From Octopus vulgaris (Eukaryota), in NCBI GenBank assembly GCA_951406725.2, contig OX597823.1, forward strand, positions 110,298,001-110,362,000: DNA of 64,000 nucleotides, given 5' to 3'. Positions 1-12,507 of this stretch are shown in pieces. The first letter of the stretch is position 1. Each line of letters opens with the position of its first letter. The notes under the pieces were generated by a model. That model was not told the origin of the DNA and searched no databases. It saw only the letters and a program-made list of their open reading frames with translations. The translations under genes were made by a program, and so were the position numbers.

Positions 1-170
1 TGATGTGAACTCCTCTTTTCCCTCTCTTGTGAATTGCACAATCACCGTATTAACTGTAGAAAGCGGGATCTCAATGTTTTCTGCGATTTTATGCTAAGTC
101 CATCTTCAGATTGACCCAAAATACAGCCTCTTTTAAACTTGGACAAATCCAAGGTTTCTTCTGTAAGTGG
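1..170 (-). mobile_element. Tc1-family transposase N-terminal (HTH) remnant, frameshifted, runs off window start
   Basis: Minus strand reads DLSKFKRGCILGQSEDGLS, then after a frameshift HKIAENIEIPLSTVNTVIVQFTREGKEEFTS, matching the Tc1 N-terminal pattern DLS.F.RG.I.G....G.S..IA..L.IP.STV..VI..F. Confidence 0.65.
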
Positions 171-355
171 GATGATTAAAGAGTCACATATACAACTTGA
201 AACATAAAAAGGTACATTAATAAAAAATATAAACTTCTTCAAGTTAAAATAAAGATAAAGAAATATTTTATGGGCTGTCTATTTACTTCTGTCATGTCTG
301 TATGTGTGACTATATATACTTGTATACATGTATATTTATGTAAGTATGTATGCAA

Positions 356-398
<43 letters not shown>

Positions 399-887
399 GA
401 TGTATGTATATATATGTTTATATATATATATATGTATGTATATATATAAATGTATATACATGCATATATATATATACATATATAGATGGCGTAGGGCTTT
501 TCTCATGCATCTCAATTAGGGGGACAGATAGCTAATAACTAAAAACAACGGTTGCACCATGATAATGGATTTAAGGGAACCCATGTCCTGTAAGAAATAG
601 CAGCGAAATATCTTTGATTAAAGTGAGGACGAAATCCAACCACTACCACTTCCATTTGCCTGGGGGTTGGGGGTCGATGGCAAGCTGACCCACGAAATTT
701 TGTAACGCGTGTATTCTTGAATATGATCGCGATAATGGCTGTGTAGGAGAAAAAGCAAATAAGAAAAGGCATCAAGAAAAACAAGTTCTTTGAAAGGAGC
801 GTTGGTTTTCTTTTTGATATATCGGCCATTCCTTATACTCCTGTTCACGTAGGCGAGACTTCAATAGTTACAAAATGGCAAACCTTA

Positions 888-1134
888 TCTAACTGAGGAT
901 GTAGTTCTTCTGTTTATTCTTTCTATGCTAATGTTAGACAAATAGATTTCTTACGGCGAGGATTTGGATCTGAAGAACTCAAATGACTTAGAAACATGTA
1001 ACTCCGTATTGAAAATGGTAAGAAACATTCAAAGAAAAGTTTGGCTGCTGTTAAATTATGCAGATTAAGAAACTTATTGTGATATCAGTCAGTCTACCTT
1101 CACTGGTAAGCTACACTGTCTAACTGAGGATGTA
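888..1134. repeat. ~215-bp duplicated segment (copy 1) bracketed by a 16-bp direct repeat
   Basis: 904-1118 closely matches ~2706-2938; TCTAACTGAGGATGTA occurs at 888-903 and 1119-1134. Confidence 0.85.
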
Positions 1135-1654
1135 AGCAATGATTGACTGATTGGGAGTTCGACAATCAATTCAAATATGCCTTAGTGGGAATAAATGCAG
1201 AAATAAAAGAATGAAAATTTAACAGAAAGAAATATATTTGGTGGTGTTACTGTATGTAAGGAACCAGAGCTAATGATGTGTATTTCATATGTAGTTGAAA
1301 AGGCCCACTAATTCGAAAATTCTTAATCCTGTCTTCCATATCAGTGGTGTTTGGAGAACAGAAACCAGATTATAAATTGACCTCTTATCTCAGGGGAAAT
1401 AGACATCTTGCCTGGTAATGCTATGGATTTAATTTTTAGTAGCTGTTGATGTAGTTGTCTTTTAGCTCAGAATGGCCCTGATTCAACAGATCTACTATCG
1501 AATGCATTCTAGCCCTAGCTATGAACATCTAGTCTTTTTGTTTCATACATAGTAGATCTGAGACTAATTAATGAAATATTCCTACCTTTTCATGATACGT
1601 CTGTTATTATCAGGACGTCTTGCGACAACTTAGAGCTGTTGATTTGGAGACAGT

Positions 1655-1677
1655 ATTATTTTTATTATTATTATTAT

Positions 1678-1731
<54 letters not shown>

Positions 1732-1742
1732 CAGTGGTAGTG

Positions 1743-1797
<55 letters not shown>

Positions 1798-1798
1798 C

Positions 1799-1864
<66 letters not shown>
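1655..1864. repeat. (TTA)n then (AGT)n trinucleotide microsatellite
   Basis: Directly visible. Confidence 0.97.
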
Positions 1865-2705
1865 TGCTTTTGATGGTTGTTTTGTCGATAGTGATGGTGT
1901 TTGTGCTGGGAGTGGTGATGGTTATAGTACGCTTGTTTGATTTGATGTTTAGTCCCTGGACAGCTGCGATCCAGTAGAACTGCCAGTCGTTCAAATTGTG
2001 GCCATCATTATTTCATTTTCAAACATATGGCATCCAATGTTTTATTCGTTAAATTTGGCTGCTAATTGCAGTAGATCTGATGGCTGTGTAGATACTCCGC
2101 TGTTAGTTCATTCCCAAGTATTATACTCTACTGCTGACTCATAGATACAAACATATAAAGCAAACATCATAATACAGACATCATTTATGTGTTACTATAG
2201 ATTATGTGATTCATTGATTCAAATAGCATTTATGTCTTACTGTAGTAGACACACATCTACAAACATTATTTATGTTTTCCTGTACGTTCACAGAGCGAAA
2301 CAACATTTACGTGTTACTGTGGACTCCAGGATACAAGCAGTAGTATTTTTAAATGTGCGTTTCTATAAGAAATATTTGCTAATATCTTTGCAAAACATTA
2401 TTAATATAACGACTTCTAATTCCTTCATTTATATGTCTTATCTCCAGTGATGTAAACAAAACATAAAACAAAATGCATATTGACTTGAAGTTGCTGCAAG
2501 TAATGTTCTGATTAAGAGTCGCTCGATAAAATATAATTTTTCCAGTGCTAGCCGTTTGTCAATGTTCTTTCGGTGACTTCCACTTCATCACAATTCTCTA
2601 GCTGACAGAATGTGATCTCTGTTATCAATTAGTTAATCCTTATTACAATTTGCTTATATCTCTGGCACCAGAGTGCAGCCACAAATGTTCACGAAAATGA
2701 AATGA

Positions 2706-2938
2706 TGTTCTGTTATTTATTTTTTTGTATTCTAATGTTAGACAAATAAATTTTCTTACGGCGAGGATTTGGATCTGAAGAACTCAAATGACTTAGAAAT
2801 GTGTAACTCCATATTGAAGATGGTAAAAAATATTCAAGGAATAGTTTGGCTGCTGTTAAATTATGCAGATTAAGAAGCTTTTTACGAGACAAACTTAGAG
2901 TGTTATCACTTAATCTCGCTTCACTGGCAAGCTACACT
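2706..2938. repeat. Duplicated segment (copy 2) of 904-1118
   Basis: Shared core CTTACGGCGAGGATTTGGATCTGAAGAACTCAAATGACTTAGAAA...GTTTGGCTGCTGTTAAATTATGCAGATTAAGAA...TTCACTGG(C/T)AAGCTACACT. Confidence 0.85.
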
Positions 2939-5900
2939 ATTGCAAAATCTTTGATCTCTGATCTTTGTGTCGTAGGTTTCTGGCTATAACCATCATGTCA
3001 TATTTCAAGAAATTGTGCATATTTAAGAAATTGTGTTTAATGTGTACATTAAGACGTCAAAGTTCCAATTGTTTGAAGTCGAGCAACCTCATAGAAGCTG
3101 TCTGATTGCTTTGTGTTTTATAGGATAAAAATTGAATTCGGTATTTAATCCAGTTGCTGATATATTCTAGATTCACTACAGAAGGATTTCATTTTTTAAA
3201 TCAAGATAAACTACATCATGGTCATTTTGCCAGTTTACCCAATAATACATCATGTAATCTCAGTGGAATTGTGGGAATCAATTCGATCAACTGGTGAAAT
3301 TAACGTGTAAGTAGCTGAGTATTCCAGACACGTATATACATAATTTTATTCTCAGGCCAAATCGGAATAACACAGTAAGATGGACCTTTGAATTTCCGGT
3401 GCAATCCAGAAAGAAATAGAAAGTAGAGTAGACGCCTATACTGGACTGACATTTCCTTCATTGACACTGGAAACTGGAAAGGTGAATGGAAATACTGACT
3501 GTAGTAGTAGTTTAACTGAGTGCAGAGAGCTGGAAAAAACAAGGCAAGGCATAATATCCAATTTCTCACTATCTTTTCAATTCGATGCTTCGAATCATCA
3601 ATATGGCTGATGTTTAGATGTGGAGTAAACGATCTTAAATTCAGCTACTTAGTCCAGTGCTAAAATCTCCTAAGACTGACTGAGTGTCTTTCGAAGTTAA
3701 CGTTTCCAGAAACATTTAGATCTTGTGATTTGAAATCAGATAACACCTTTTGTAATATAGATCGCAGTAGCCTTATTTAAAAGGGGGATAATTCATTCGA
3801 TAAATCTATTAAATAATCTACGAGAATCTTGGAAATAAAATACTTTATTATATTAATTCCCATCTACCAATAAATGGACATTATAACATAATTATGGGAA
3901 GAGCAGTAAATTAACCATCAAAAATATCAAACTAAAAGGAAAACAAGTATTTTATACATTCTTTAAAGTACAAAAGATAAGCTATTTTTAAGAAATTACA
4001 AGCATAATTAAATTCTAAGATAGCTAGGCAGAAACTGAAAGTAATTCCATGGCACAAATGAACACAATGAAAATGCATGTATAATTATAGATGATAGTCT
4101 AAATCTATTACCCCCTTTAACACCATGAACTGGGTTTTGGTAAATTCAGAGGCATCCCCTGTGTTACGAGCGTTCCTTTCTTCCCCATGCTAGTCTCAAA
4201 TTTGTGACGTTACCCTTTTTTTCCAATGCCTAGGCTCTAAAACATATAGAATTCAGTTTTTCAATGGCATAATGTGTTTTTGCTGGGGTTGAAGAGCTAT
4301 ATATATATATATATATATATAATTTGGTTTAGGCTCATAGGTGGAGTCCCAGTATTCCTTAGCTGAGGACTCCAGTTTATGTAAAGGTGTACTGTTTTGT
4401 ATACTTTGTCATGCATTCTACATACTTGATAAATTATTATGGCATGCAATTTCCATGTAGAGGAGGAATAAAAACGTTAACTAGAAGTGGATAATAGGTA
4501 TTAAAAAATCTGATATGGTAAAAATATAGGTCAAAACATAATACCTAAGAAAGGTTCTCATGTCCCTAATTATAAACAAAAAAAATTTTACATAATACTA
4601 TTTGAAAACGAAATAAGTTAATCTGTATCAAGATTACATCGTGTGACAAATGTTTGCCATGCATTGAAAGGTTGCTAACAATAACACAACCAATGATGTG
4701 AAATGTTATTGCGTCATGAGAATATGACACAATGGTCAATATATCATCTCATGAAATAGTGGATATTACAGAATCATCCTGAAAAATATTGATTCAATTT
4801 CTGAAAAAGACAAAAAAGGTTCGTAAAAATATTGGTAAATTGAATATCTGTTGTGAAACACATCGGTATTCTGAAAACCATGAATTATATTCATGTGTTC
4901 ACATATATACATAACCACACACAGACACATATTCCTACTGATTTTACATACTTGGGTGTGTGTGTATATATATAAGAGCGTGTGTGTATGTATAAGAGTG
5001 TGTGTATATTTATAAGTGTGTGTATATTGACAATCTACTTTATAATTTTACATTTTGTGAGCATTGGGACAGCCTTGTATGTTCGTGTATATGTATAATA
5101 ACGGATACGTTCGGCCACAATATATATCATTCATATATCATATATCATTCGTAAGCAATAGTTTACCTATTGATACATGTATATTTGTGTATGTGTGTGT
5201 GTGTGTGTGTCTGCATAAATTCAACTTCATTTGTATGAAATCAGCAGGGCTTATCTACATGATGCAGGATTTGATTTTACGGTAAATTTTGAAAGAAAAA
5301 AGAACAAAGAAAAATGAAAACACGAGCAAAACAAAGCAATATAATATATACAATACGCAATTCCAATGACTGCCACAATATTACCTGACCATGAAAAAAA
5401 TCTCAAAAATCTAGCAAGAACAGAAGCGTCACTATCATGATCCTCAACCCAAAACAAGCAAAACAAGCTATTTCACAGAGAAATTCTCCCTGAAAAACAA
5501 AATGGAAAAAAAAAAATGTAGAATTAAACAAGATTAAATTTGATGGGCTGTTTTTTTCTTTTTATCGATTTATGATTTTATAAGCAAAATCCAATCTTTT
5601 TTTATTGAAAAAATATGCGAAAGAAAAAATATCACGAAGAAAATAAATGGCCATAAAAAATATACTTGCAGGTAAATAAAACTGATGAAGAAATGAAATC
5701 GAAAATATATAATTAATATCTATATACATATACATATATAAATTTACACACATAAACACAGACATTTTATGTACATCTATATATAGTTTAAAAAGACTAT
5801 ATATATGCACATTCACACATTCAATACTCATATGCATATAGACATATACGTACACACAAGAAAGCACAAGTACACAGACACATATGTTATACGTATGTAT

Positions 5901-6014
5901 GAATTTACAAATACGCGATCACATAAAAATCTGAAATGAGGCAACGTACTATAAAATATGCCAAGAAAATATTAAAACTTGTTTGAGTTGATAGACATGT
6001 TTTTTTTTTTAATA

Positions 6015-6102
6015 TGCTGCTGCTGCTGCTGATGTTGATGATGATGACAATGACGATGATGATCACGACGATAATGATGATGAACACGAAAATGATGATG
6101 GC

Positions 6103-6153
<51 letters not shown>

Positions 6154-6256
6154 AATGATGACGACGACGAGAACCAGGTAGTTGATGATGACGACGAAGA
6201 CGACGACGATGACGATGACGACGACGATGACGATGACGATGATGGTGATGATGATG
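6015..6256. repeat. (GAT)n/(GAC)n compound microsatellite
   Basis: Directly visible. Confidence 0.95.
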
Positions 6257-6748
6257 AAAATCTATAACAAAAACGACAAGCATACATAACGACATCAGGT
6301 TCAACAACGGCAATAAAGGCAACAACAACTACAAACACAGCCACAACAAATTTTTCAGAAGAAAAAAATTGAAAACAGAATCAGGAACAGAAATAATATA
6401 TAATAATATGGAAAGATGAATTATGTTTAGAATTCTACGTGCACGTGTGGGTGCGTATGTGTGTGTATGTGTGTGTATGTTATGCCTCTTGATACGCTTG
6501 TAGTGGTACATATTCTTAAAAAGGACGTATGTATAATGGGAATGTATATATGCGTGTCTAAACATGTATGTATGTTTGTATGCATTTCCATACTTTCCTT
6601 ACATATACACGTTTGTAAAAATCCTGTGACATGTTTGCACCATTGATGAAATTTTAAGATGTGTCTGGGTATGTAATTGTGTGTATACATACTCATTCCT
6701 ATATATAAATGCATATATATATATATGTATATACATATATATATATCA

Positions 6749-7017
6749 ATACAAAATGGGACAAGAACGCAAAACATCCAGACAGACGATATAAAGAAAG
6801 CAAGGACGGATCATTCGGAGTTTTCTTTCCTCAGTCGAGTTCCAGATTATCTTTGCAATTTCGGCTTGTGCAAAGATAACCTGGAACTCGAGTGAGGAAA
6901 GAAAACGTCGCATGACCCGTCCTTGCTTTCTTCGTATCATCTGTCTGGATGTTTTGTTGTCCCTTTTTTATATCACCTAACTGTCTGGATGTTTTGCGTT
7001 CTTATCCAATTTTGTAT
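6749..7017. repeat. Fold-back inverted repeat (~108-bp arms, ~11-nt loop), probable Penelope-like terminal fragment
   Basis: 6749-6857 is the imperfect reverse complement of 6869-7017 (right arm has a small internal duplication); (TA)n on both sides. The PLE assignment is inference. Confidence 0.8.
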
Positions 7018-7389
7018 TTTATATATATATATATACATAAGATACATAAATAGGGTAGCGAATATTCGTTATTAATATCACCACCAGTGGCCTAGCATGT
7101 ATAAATAGTCAATAAACAACATATTCTTATTTTAAAAATAGTGTACAGTTAAACACAAAAGAAAACTACCCTTTAACAGGTAATTCTTACATGCTAGAAG
7201 AAGCAGCTAAAACGGCCAAAACCACAATTTAATAGCAATTTTCGAAGGAAATAAAAAATAAAACATGTACCTTGCTTCTTTTTGCGGCTACAGCTATGTT
7301 CGAAATTTCTTTAGCAGATTATCTGCACCCTTTAACATGTAATTTAGCAAGTAAAATTATAAGATAATACATACATATAGCTTTGGTCT

Positions 7390-7453
<64 letters not shown>

Positions 7454-7819
7454 TTAACTCACCTATGTCATTCTATATCTTCTCAAAACGACCATCAAAC
7501 TTTGCACCTGCTCAAGATGCCTTTTAAAATCATTTTATACCAACTTTCTCATCTCTTTTGATTACCGCCATCAGCATATTTTAATATCCTCATAGATTTT
7601 AATTCGGACATACAAGCTCAGAAGTACATTTCCATATTTATATATTTATAAATTTGTTTATATCTCGTGAATATGAATGCACCTGTATATGCTGCGGCGT
7701 ATTACGACGCCTTGAAATATGTTGAGTGAATATGAACACTGACTTCGAAATTTGTTCTCTCTTTCTTGGTTGACTCTCTCCAGACACAGCAATATATATT
7801 TATATATATATATTTTTTC

Positions 7820-8200
7820 TCTTTTTCTCTTTTTACTTGTTTCAGTCAATTTGACTGCGGCCATACTGGTGCACCGTCTTTAGTCAAGCAAATCGACCCC
7901 AGGACTTATTCTTTGAAAGCCCAGTACTTATTCTATCGGTCTCTTTTGCCGAACCGCTAAGTGACGGGGACGTAAACACACCAGCGTCGGTTGTCAAGCA
8001 ATGCTAGGGGGACAAACACAGACACACAAACATACACGCACATGCATATATATACATATATACGACGGGCTTCTTTCAGTTTCCGTCTACCAAATCCACT
8101 CACAAGGCTTTGGTCGGCCCTAGGTGCCACGCAGTGGGACTGAACCCGTAACCATGCGGTTTGTAAACAAGCTACTTACCACACAGCCACTCCTGCGCCT
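7820..8200 (-). mobile_element. tRNA-headed SINE family A, near full length with small internal deletion
   Basis: A-box/B-box-like head GGCGCAGGAGTGGCTGTGTGGTAAG...GGTTCAGTCCC, internal TA/TG microsatellite, tail GGTGCACCAGTATGGCCGCAGTCAAATTGACTGAAACAAGTAAAAAGAG; homologous to 14915-15312 and 37000-37391. Confidence 0.9.
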
Positions 8201-8216
8201 ATATATAACGATTACC

Positions 8217-8277
<61 letters not shown>

Positions 8278-8278
8278 A

Positions 8279-8808
8279 GGGTAGAAATTGATATTAATCA
8301 ATTAAAACCAGTGGCTTGGCATATTTTAAAAATTCCGGAGATTAAAATCGTTTTACATACAAAATTTAGAAGGCTGACCATTAAAGTGGACAGCTTATAC
8401 GCTAAACATAGACGTCAAATCGCCATTTACCACGAAGAAAGTGTTCTCAAGAAAAATCTCAGCAAAAGACCAAAGTTTAAAAGTATGCAAGATACATGAA
8501 AATATACGAAATAAAAAACGATTACCTATATTCTCAAAACACAATTTCCAGAACTAGATACAGAACGCTCAAACGAAATCCAGCATGTATAAAGTTCTAC
8601 AATTTATATTTAGGTGTATCTTTCAAATGCCTTTACATATGTAATCGTTTTTTATTTCGTATATTTTCATGTGTCTTGCTTATTTTTACACTTTGTTTTT
8701 TTGATGAGACTTCTTGTTGAAAACACATTCTTCGTGGTAAATGGCGAGTTGACGTCTATGTTTAGCATATAGGCTGTCCACTTTTAGGGGTCAGTCCTCT
8801 AAATTTTG

Positions 8809-8813
<5 letters not shown>
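8279..8813. repeat. (TA)n-bounded element with ~175-bp inverted arms (8354-8529 / 8637-8813), probable Penelope-like terminal fragment
   Basis: Arms are reverse complements, e.g. CTAAACATAGACGTCAAATCGCCATTTACCACGAAGAA vs TTCTTCGTGGTAAATGGCGAGTTGACGTCTATGTTTAG; ~107-bp spacer. Confidence 0.8.
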
Positions 8814-8837
<24 letters not shown>

Positions 8838-8842
<5 letters not shown>

Positions 8843-9003
8843 GGGGAGAATTCCCCCCCCCAAAAAAAAAAAGACAAAAGACAAAAGAAAGATGTATTAA
8901 TATAACGCTCGGGAAGTGAAAAAGTATTTAACGTTTCGAGCCTACGCTCTTCCACAGAAAGGAACAGAGAAAGAAACAAGGAGAGAAAATAAAGAATGTG
9001 TAT
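8838..9003 (-). mobile_element. Penelope-like terminal-repeat fragment with degenerate hammerhead motif (8929-8957)
   Basis: Minus strand CTGTGGAA-GAGC-GTAG-GCTC-GAAACGTTA followed by CCCGAGCGTT...AATAC, as in copies near 24280, 33090 and 45460. Confidence 0.6.
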
Positions 9004-9023
9004 GGATATACATATATATATAC

Positions 9024-9055
<32 letters not shown>

Positions 9056-9419
9056 GAGAAAGAGAGAGGGGAACAAACTATATACAGATAGACAAATAGA
9101 TAGATCTATGAAACACGTGATGCATTTAAAAGTTTGAGATTTGTTTATGCATTAGAAAGAGTGCAGATGGGCATCCCTGCAATCAGTCTTGGAGAAGAAT
9201 CCTATGATATAGAGCCTGAGGATCCGTTCATCCCTAACATTTGAAGGCCAGAAGACCAATTTGACTCATGAATGCGGTTCTGTGTTACATTTAGCTTTAA
9301 AGAATTTTACGCATTAGAATCTCTTGAAACCAATAAAAAAAACACTTTTCAAATTTAATTTTTATTCTAAATTTATCAAACGATGGACCATGAGTTTTGG
9401 AAGCGATAAAATACTTCCA

Positions 9420-9585
9420 CTTCTTCGTCTGTCTTTACCTTCTGAGTTCAAATTCCGCCGAGGTCGACTTTGCCTTCTTACTTTTTGGTTCGATAAATTA
9501 AGTACCAGTTTCGTACTGGGGTCGATGTAATTGACTGGCCCCCTCCCCCAAAATTTCGGGCCTTGTACCTAGAGTAGGGAAAAGA
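9420..9585 (+). mobile_element. SINE family B fragment (core plus tail 2)
   Basis: TTCTGAGTTCAAATTCCGCCGAGGTCGACTTTGCCT...GATAAATTAAGTACCAG...CTGGGGTCGATG, tail CCCCAAAATTTCGGGCCTTGTACCTAGAG. Confidence 0.85.
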
Positions 9586-9803
9586 AAACTTCGACTTCGA
9601 AAATTTTTGCCGCTTGTGGGAAGTCTGTGACGGATGTAGCATCGGCGGTATCGGCAGTGATATTCCGATCGCTTCCGCTGCGGCATCCTTTTTTGCTGGT
9701 TCCGCTAATGACTAAGAAATAATTTTACTTGGGTACCAGGGCGTGTACGTATGCATGTTTGTGTGTGTATTTCTCTGTGTATGTATATGCATGAATCCAT
9801 GTT

Positions 9804-9865
<62 letters not shown>

Positions 9866-10458
9866 TATGTGTGTTTCTGAGTGCATGTAAATAGACAACA
9901 GTTTTTTCTTTTAAACTAAGTTTTAAAATGTGACTTGAACATAGTCGTGCTTTAAATAAAATATACCTTAAAGATATTTCCATGGATATTTACCGGAATG
10001 AATTGTCGTGATATGATATGAATTCACGCAAATATCTTTGAACTATATATAGATATACTGAAACAAAATCAATATACAGTATTTTAATCTAAAATGTTTT
10101 ACATAGTTTCGTGGATAATTGATGCATGTGTGAAAATTATACATCAGTCTGTGTGTCAGTCTATCTTTCTCTATCGACATATTTATATGTATATATGTAT
10201 ATAATGTATGTAAACAACAGTAACATTCATCCCAACCGGAACTGCCACATTATGTTGGCAAATAATATTTACTTTATGTCAATATATATTCTTTTATTGG
10301 TTGTATACTGTCAATTTAACGTGACAGTAGGGGATTACACCACCGCTGTTTAGCCCTAGGAAGCATCGACGCCTCCTGATGGCTTCGACACATTCTTTTT
10401 CCTGTGTGCTTATATATTTACGAAGGGGGGACAAATACCCCCAGCGGCCAGGCATGCA

Positions 10459-10505
10459 TCTAGAGACACGCATGTTTCAGGATCTTTGTCCATCATCGGT
10501 CTAGA
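10459..10505 (-). ncRNA. Minimal type I hammerhead-like motif (inverted copy of 12508-12554)
   Basis: Exact reverse complement of 12508-12554. Confidence 0.55.
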
Positions 10506-10827
10506 GTAGCAGACGCCCGCCAGCTGCAGATATCTGTCCCGACTTCGTAAATATATATATTTAATTTTCAGTGAAGTTTATTCACTGAAAATGAGTCGAA
10601 GCCATCAGGAGGCGTCGATGCTTCCTAGGGCTAAACAGCGGTGGTGTAATCCCCTACTTTCACGTTAAGTTGACAGTATTCAACCATTCTATCGCCCCAC
10701 CAACGTACATATCTCTATGAGATATTTAGAAATTTAATATTTCTGATTTTGGTAATCAGTGAATAAACTTCACTGAAAATTAGATATATATATTTACGAA
10801 GTCGGGACAGATATCTGCAGCTGGCGG

Positions 10828-12481
10828 TTTTTGTGTCGGTTAATTTGCGTTACGGTTATTGTGTATTGCGGTTGTGAGTTCGAATTCGTTAGTGGAAGCT
10901 GTTACGGCGTGGTGAATTGTGGAGATTTTGTTGGGTATGCAAGCCCAAAGTTATGCGGGAGCAGCAGGCAAGGGCCTGGCTGCGAGCGAACTGCAGTTGG
11001 AGGAAGTGGTCGTCGAGAAGGAGAATTTGAAGAAATACTTCAACAGCTTCTGGAAGGAAGGTGATTGTCTAAGGGTCACACCACCTGAAGACGAAGCGAA
11101 AGAAGCAGAGAAGCGTATTATAACATACAGAACGTGGAGCGTGGCTTCGAAGAGAATAGAAGTGGCAGAGGAGGAGGAAATCGAGAGGTGTCTACAGGAA
11201 ATTGAAGGAGAAACTACCTTCTACAATAGAGGTAGAAAATACGCAACAGTAGTCGTTCATTTTGAAAACGAAGACAAAGCGAAGAGGAACGCCACGAAAA
11301 TATTGAAAACTGAAAAATGGGTGTTACTACCTAGCTATTGTGGAAAAAGAGCAGTAAGAATACGAATCAGTAAAATTTCACCGGAACTGAACATGGAAAG
11401 AATTGTAGCGGCAATAGTATTCAACTGCAAAGAGAGTATCGACATATTGAAGGTAGAAAAGTCGAAAGAAGTAAAGTGGTGGGGTTTTGCGGTGCAGGCT
11501 TTGGTTCACATAACCATGCCAGACCTGTATAACATCCCAGAGGAGTTGGTGTTCCCCGACGAGACACGTCTCAGAGTCGTGGTGGGGGAGACCCCCAGTG
11601 TGTTACAAATGCAAAATTAGAGGCCACATGAAGGATATGTGTCTGCTGAGAGAAGTACAAGAGAAGACGATAACACTGGAGGCTTTGACAGAGGAGTTAC
11701 AAAAGGCGAATATGGAATTACAAGCGGAAGAGGACATCGTGACTACAGATAATGTGGAAAGTGGTGACGAGTTGGCGAAGGAGAAAGAAAAGGAAAGAAC
11801 AGAAGAAAAAGAGGATAGAAAGAGAACGCGGGTGGAATCACTACCCAAAGCACAAAAAAAAAGAAAAAAGCTAAAAAGAAGTCTACCGACGAGATAGGGG
11901 ATCGAACGCACGAAGAGAAAGATACAGAAACGAAAGTGAGTGTAGATTCAGATTGGCAGGTAGGGGAAGAATGGGAAAGTAGTAAGGAAGAACAACTGAA
12001 AAGATGTAAGGAAGGAAAAAGACCAAAAGGAAGAAATCTTAAAGCTATAATGTTGTACACGAAGGACAAGGAAATTGAGAAGAAGTTGGCAAATATGAAA
12101 AGTCTAATTAGAGTGAAGTTGAACCCGAAGATATTTGATGACCATGTGAAGGCGGTAATTGTAGAAAGAGAGACAGTAACGAAACTGAAAAAGGTGTACA
12201 ACTGTATGCGTAATGCAATACATTCGGTACGACAGTTTGCCAGGTATTATAGAACAGGAGAAGTTACTTGAGTACATGACAGATGAACGCCCTGAATAAC
12301 ACGATTGTAATTGTAAATGAAACTGCAGGCTCTGGGGGGCTCGTAAGACATTCCATTTAATTCATTGCAAATAATTCATTGTCATACCATACTTTTTGAG
12401 TTTTTTTATTATATGTACCCCATGTCCTGTATTGTTATGTCCCCTCTTAATTCGGGCCATTGTGCCTATAATAAAGATTTA
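10828..12481 (+). mobile_element. ORF1-only non-autonomous non-LTR retroposon (HAL1-like, L1/Tx1-related) with 15-bp TSD
   Basis: ATCTGCAGCTGGCGG at 10813-10827 and 12482-12496; the uninterrupted inverted copy (~10516-10530) has the motif once. Insert has a short 5' leader, one disrupted ORF, a 3' UTR ending AATAAAGATTTA, and no endonuclease or RT. Confidence 0.8.
10937..12299 (+). pseudogene. Frameshifted LINE ORF1p (gag-like, CCHC zinc knuckle), about 450 codons when rejoined
   Basis: MQAQSYAGAA start (SYAxA motif); RLRVVV/GRPPV-CYKCKIRGHMKDMC (CX2CX4HX4C) restored by one base in the G-run near 11585; second shift near the A-run at ~11853-11880; probable third near 12205; charged C-terminus ending ...LLEYMTDERPE*. 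Confidence 0.8.
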
Positions 12482-12507
12482 ATCTGCAGCTGGCGGGCTT
12501 CTGCTAC

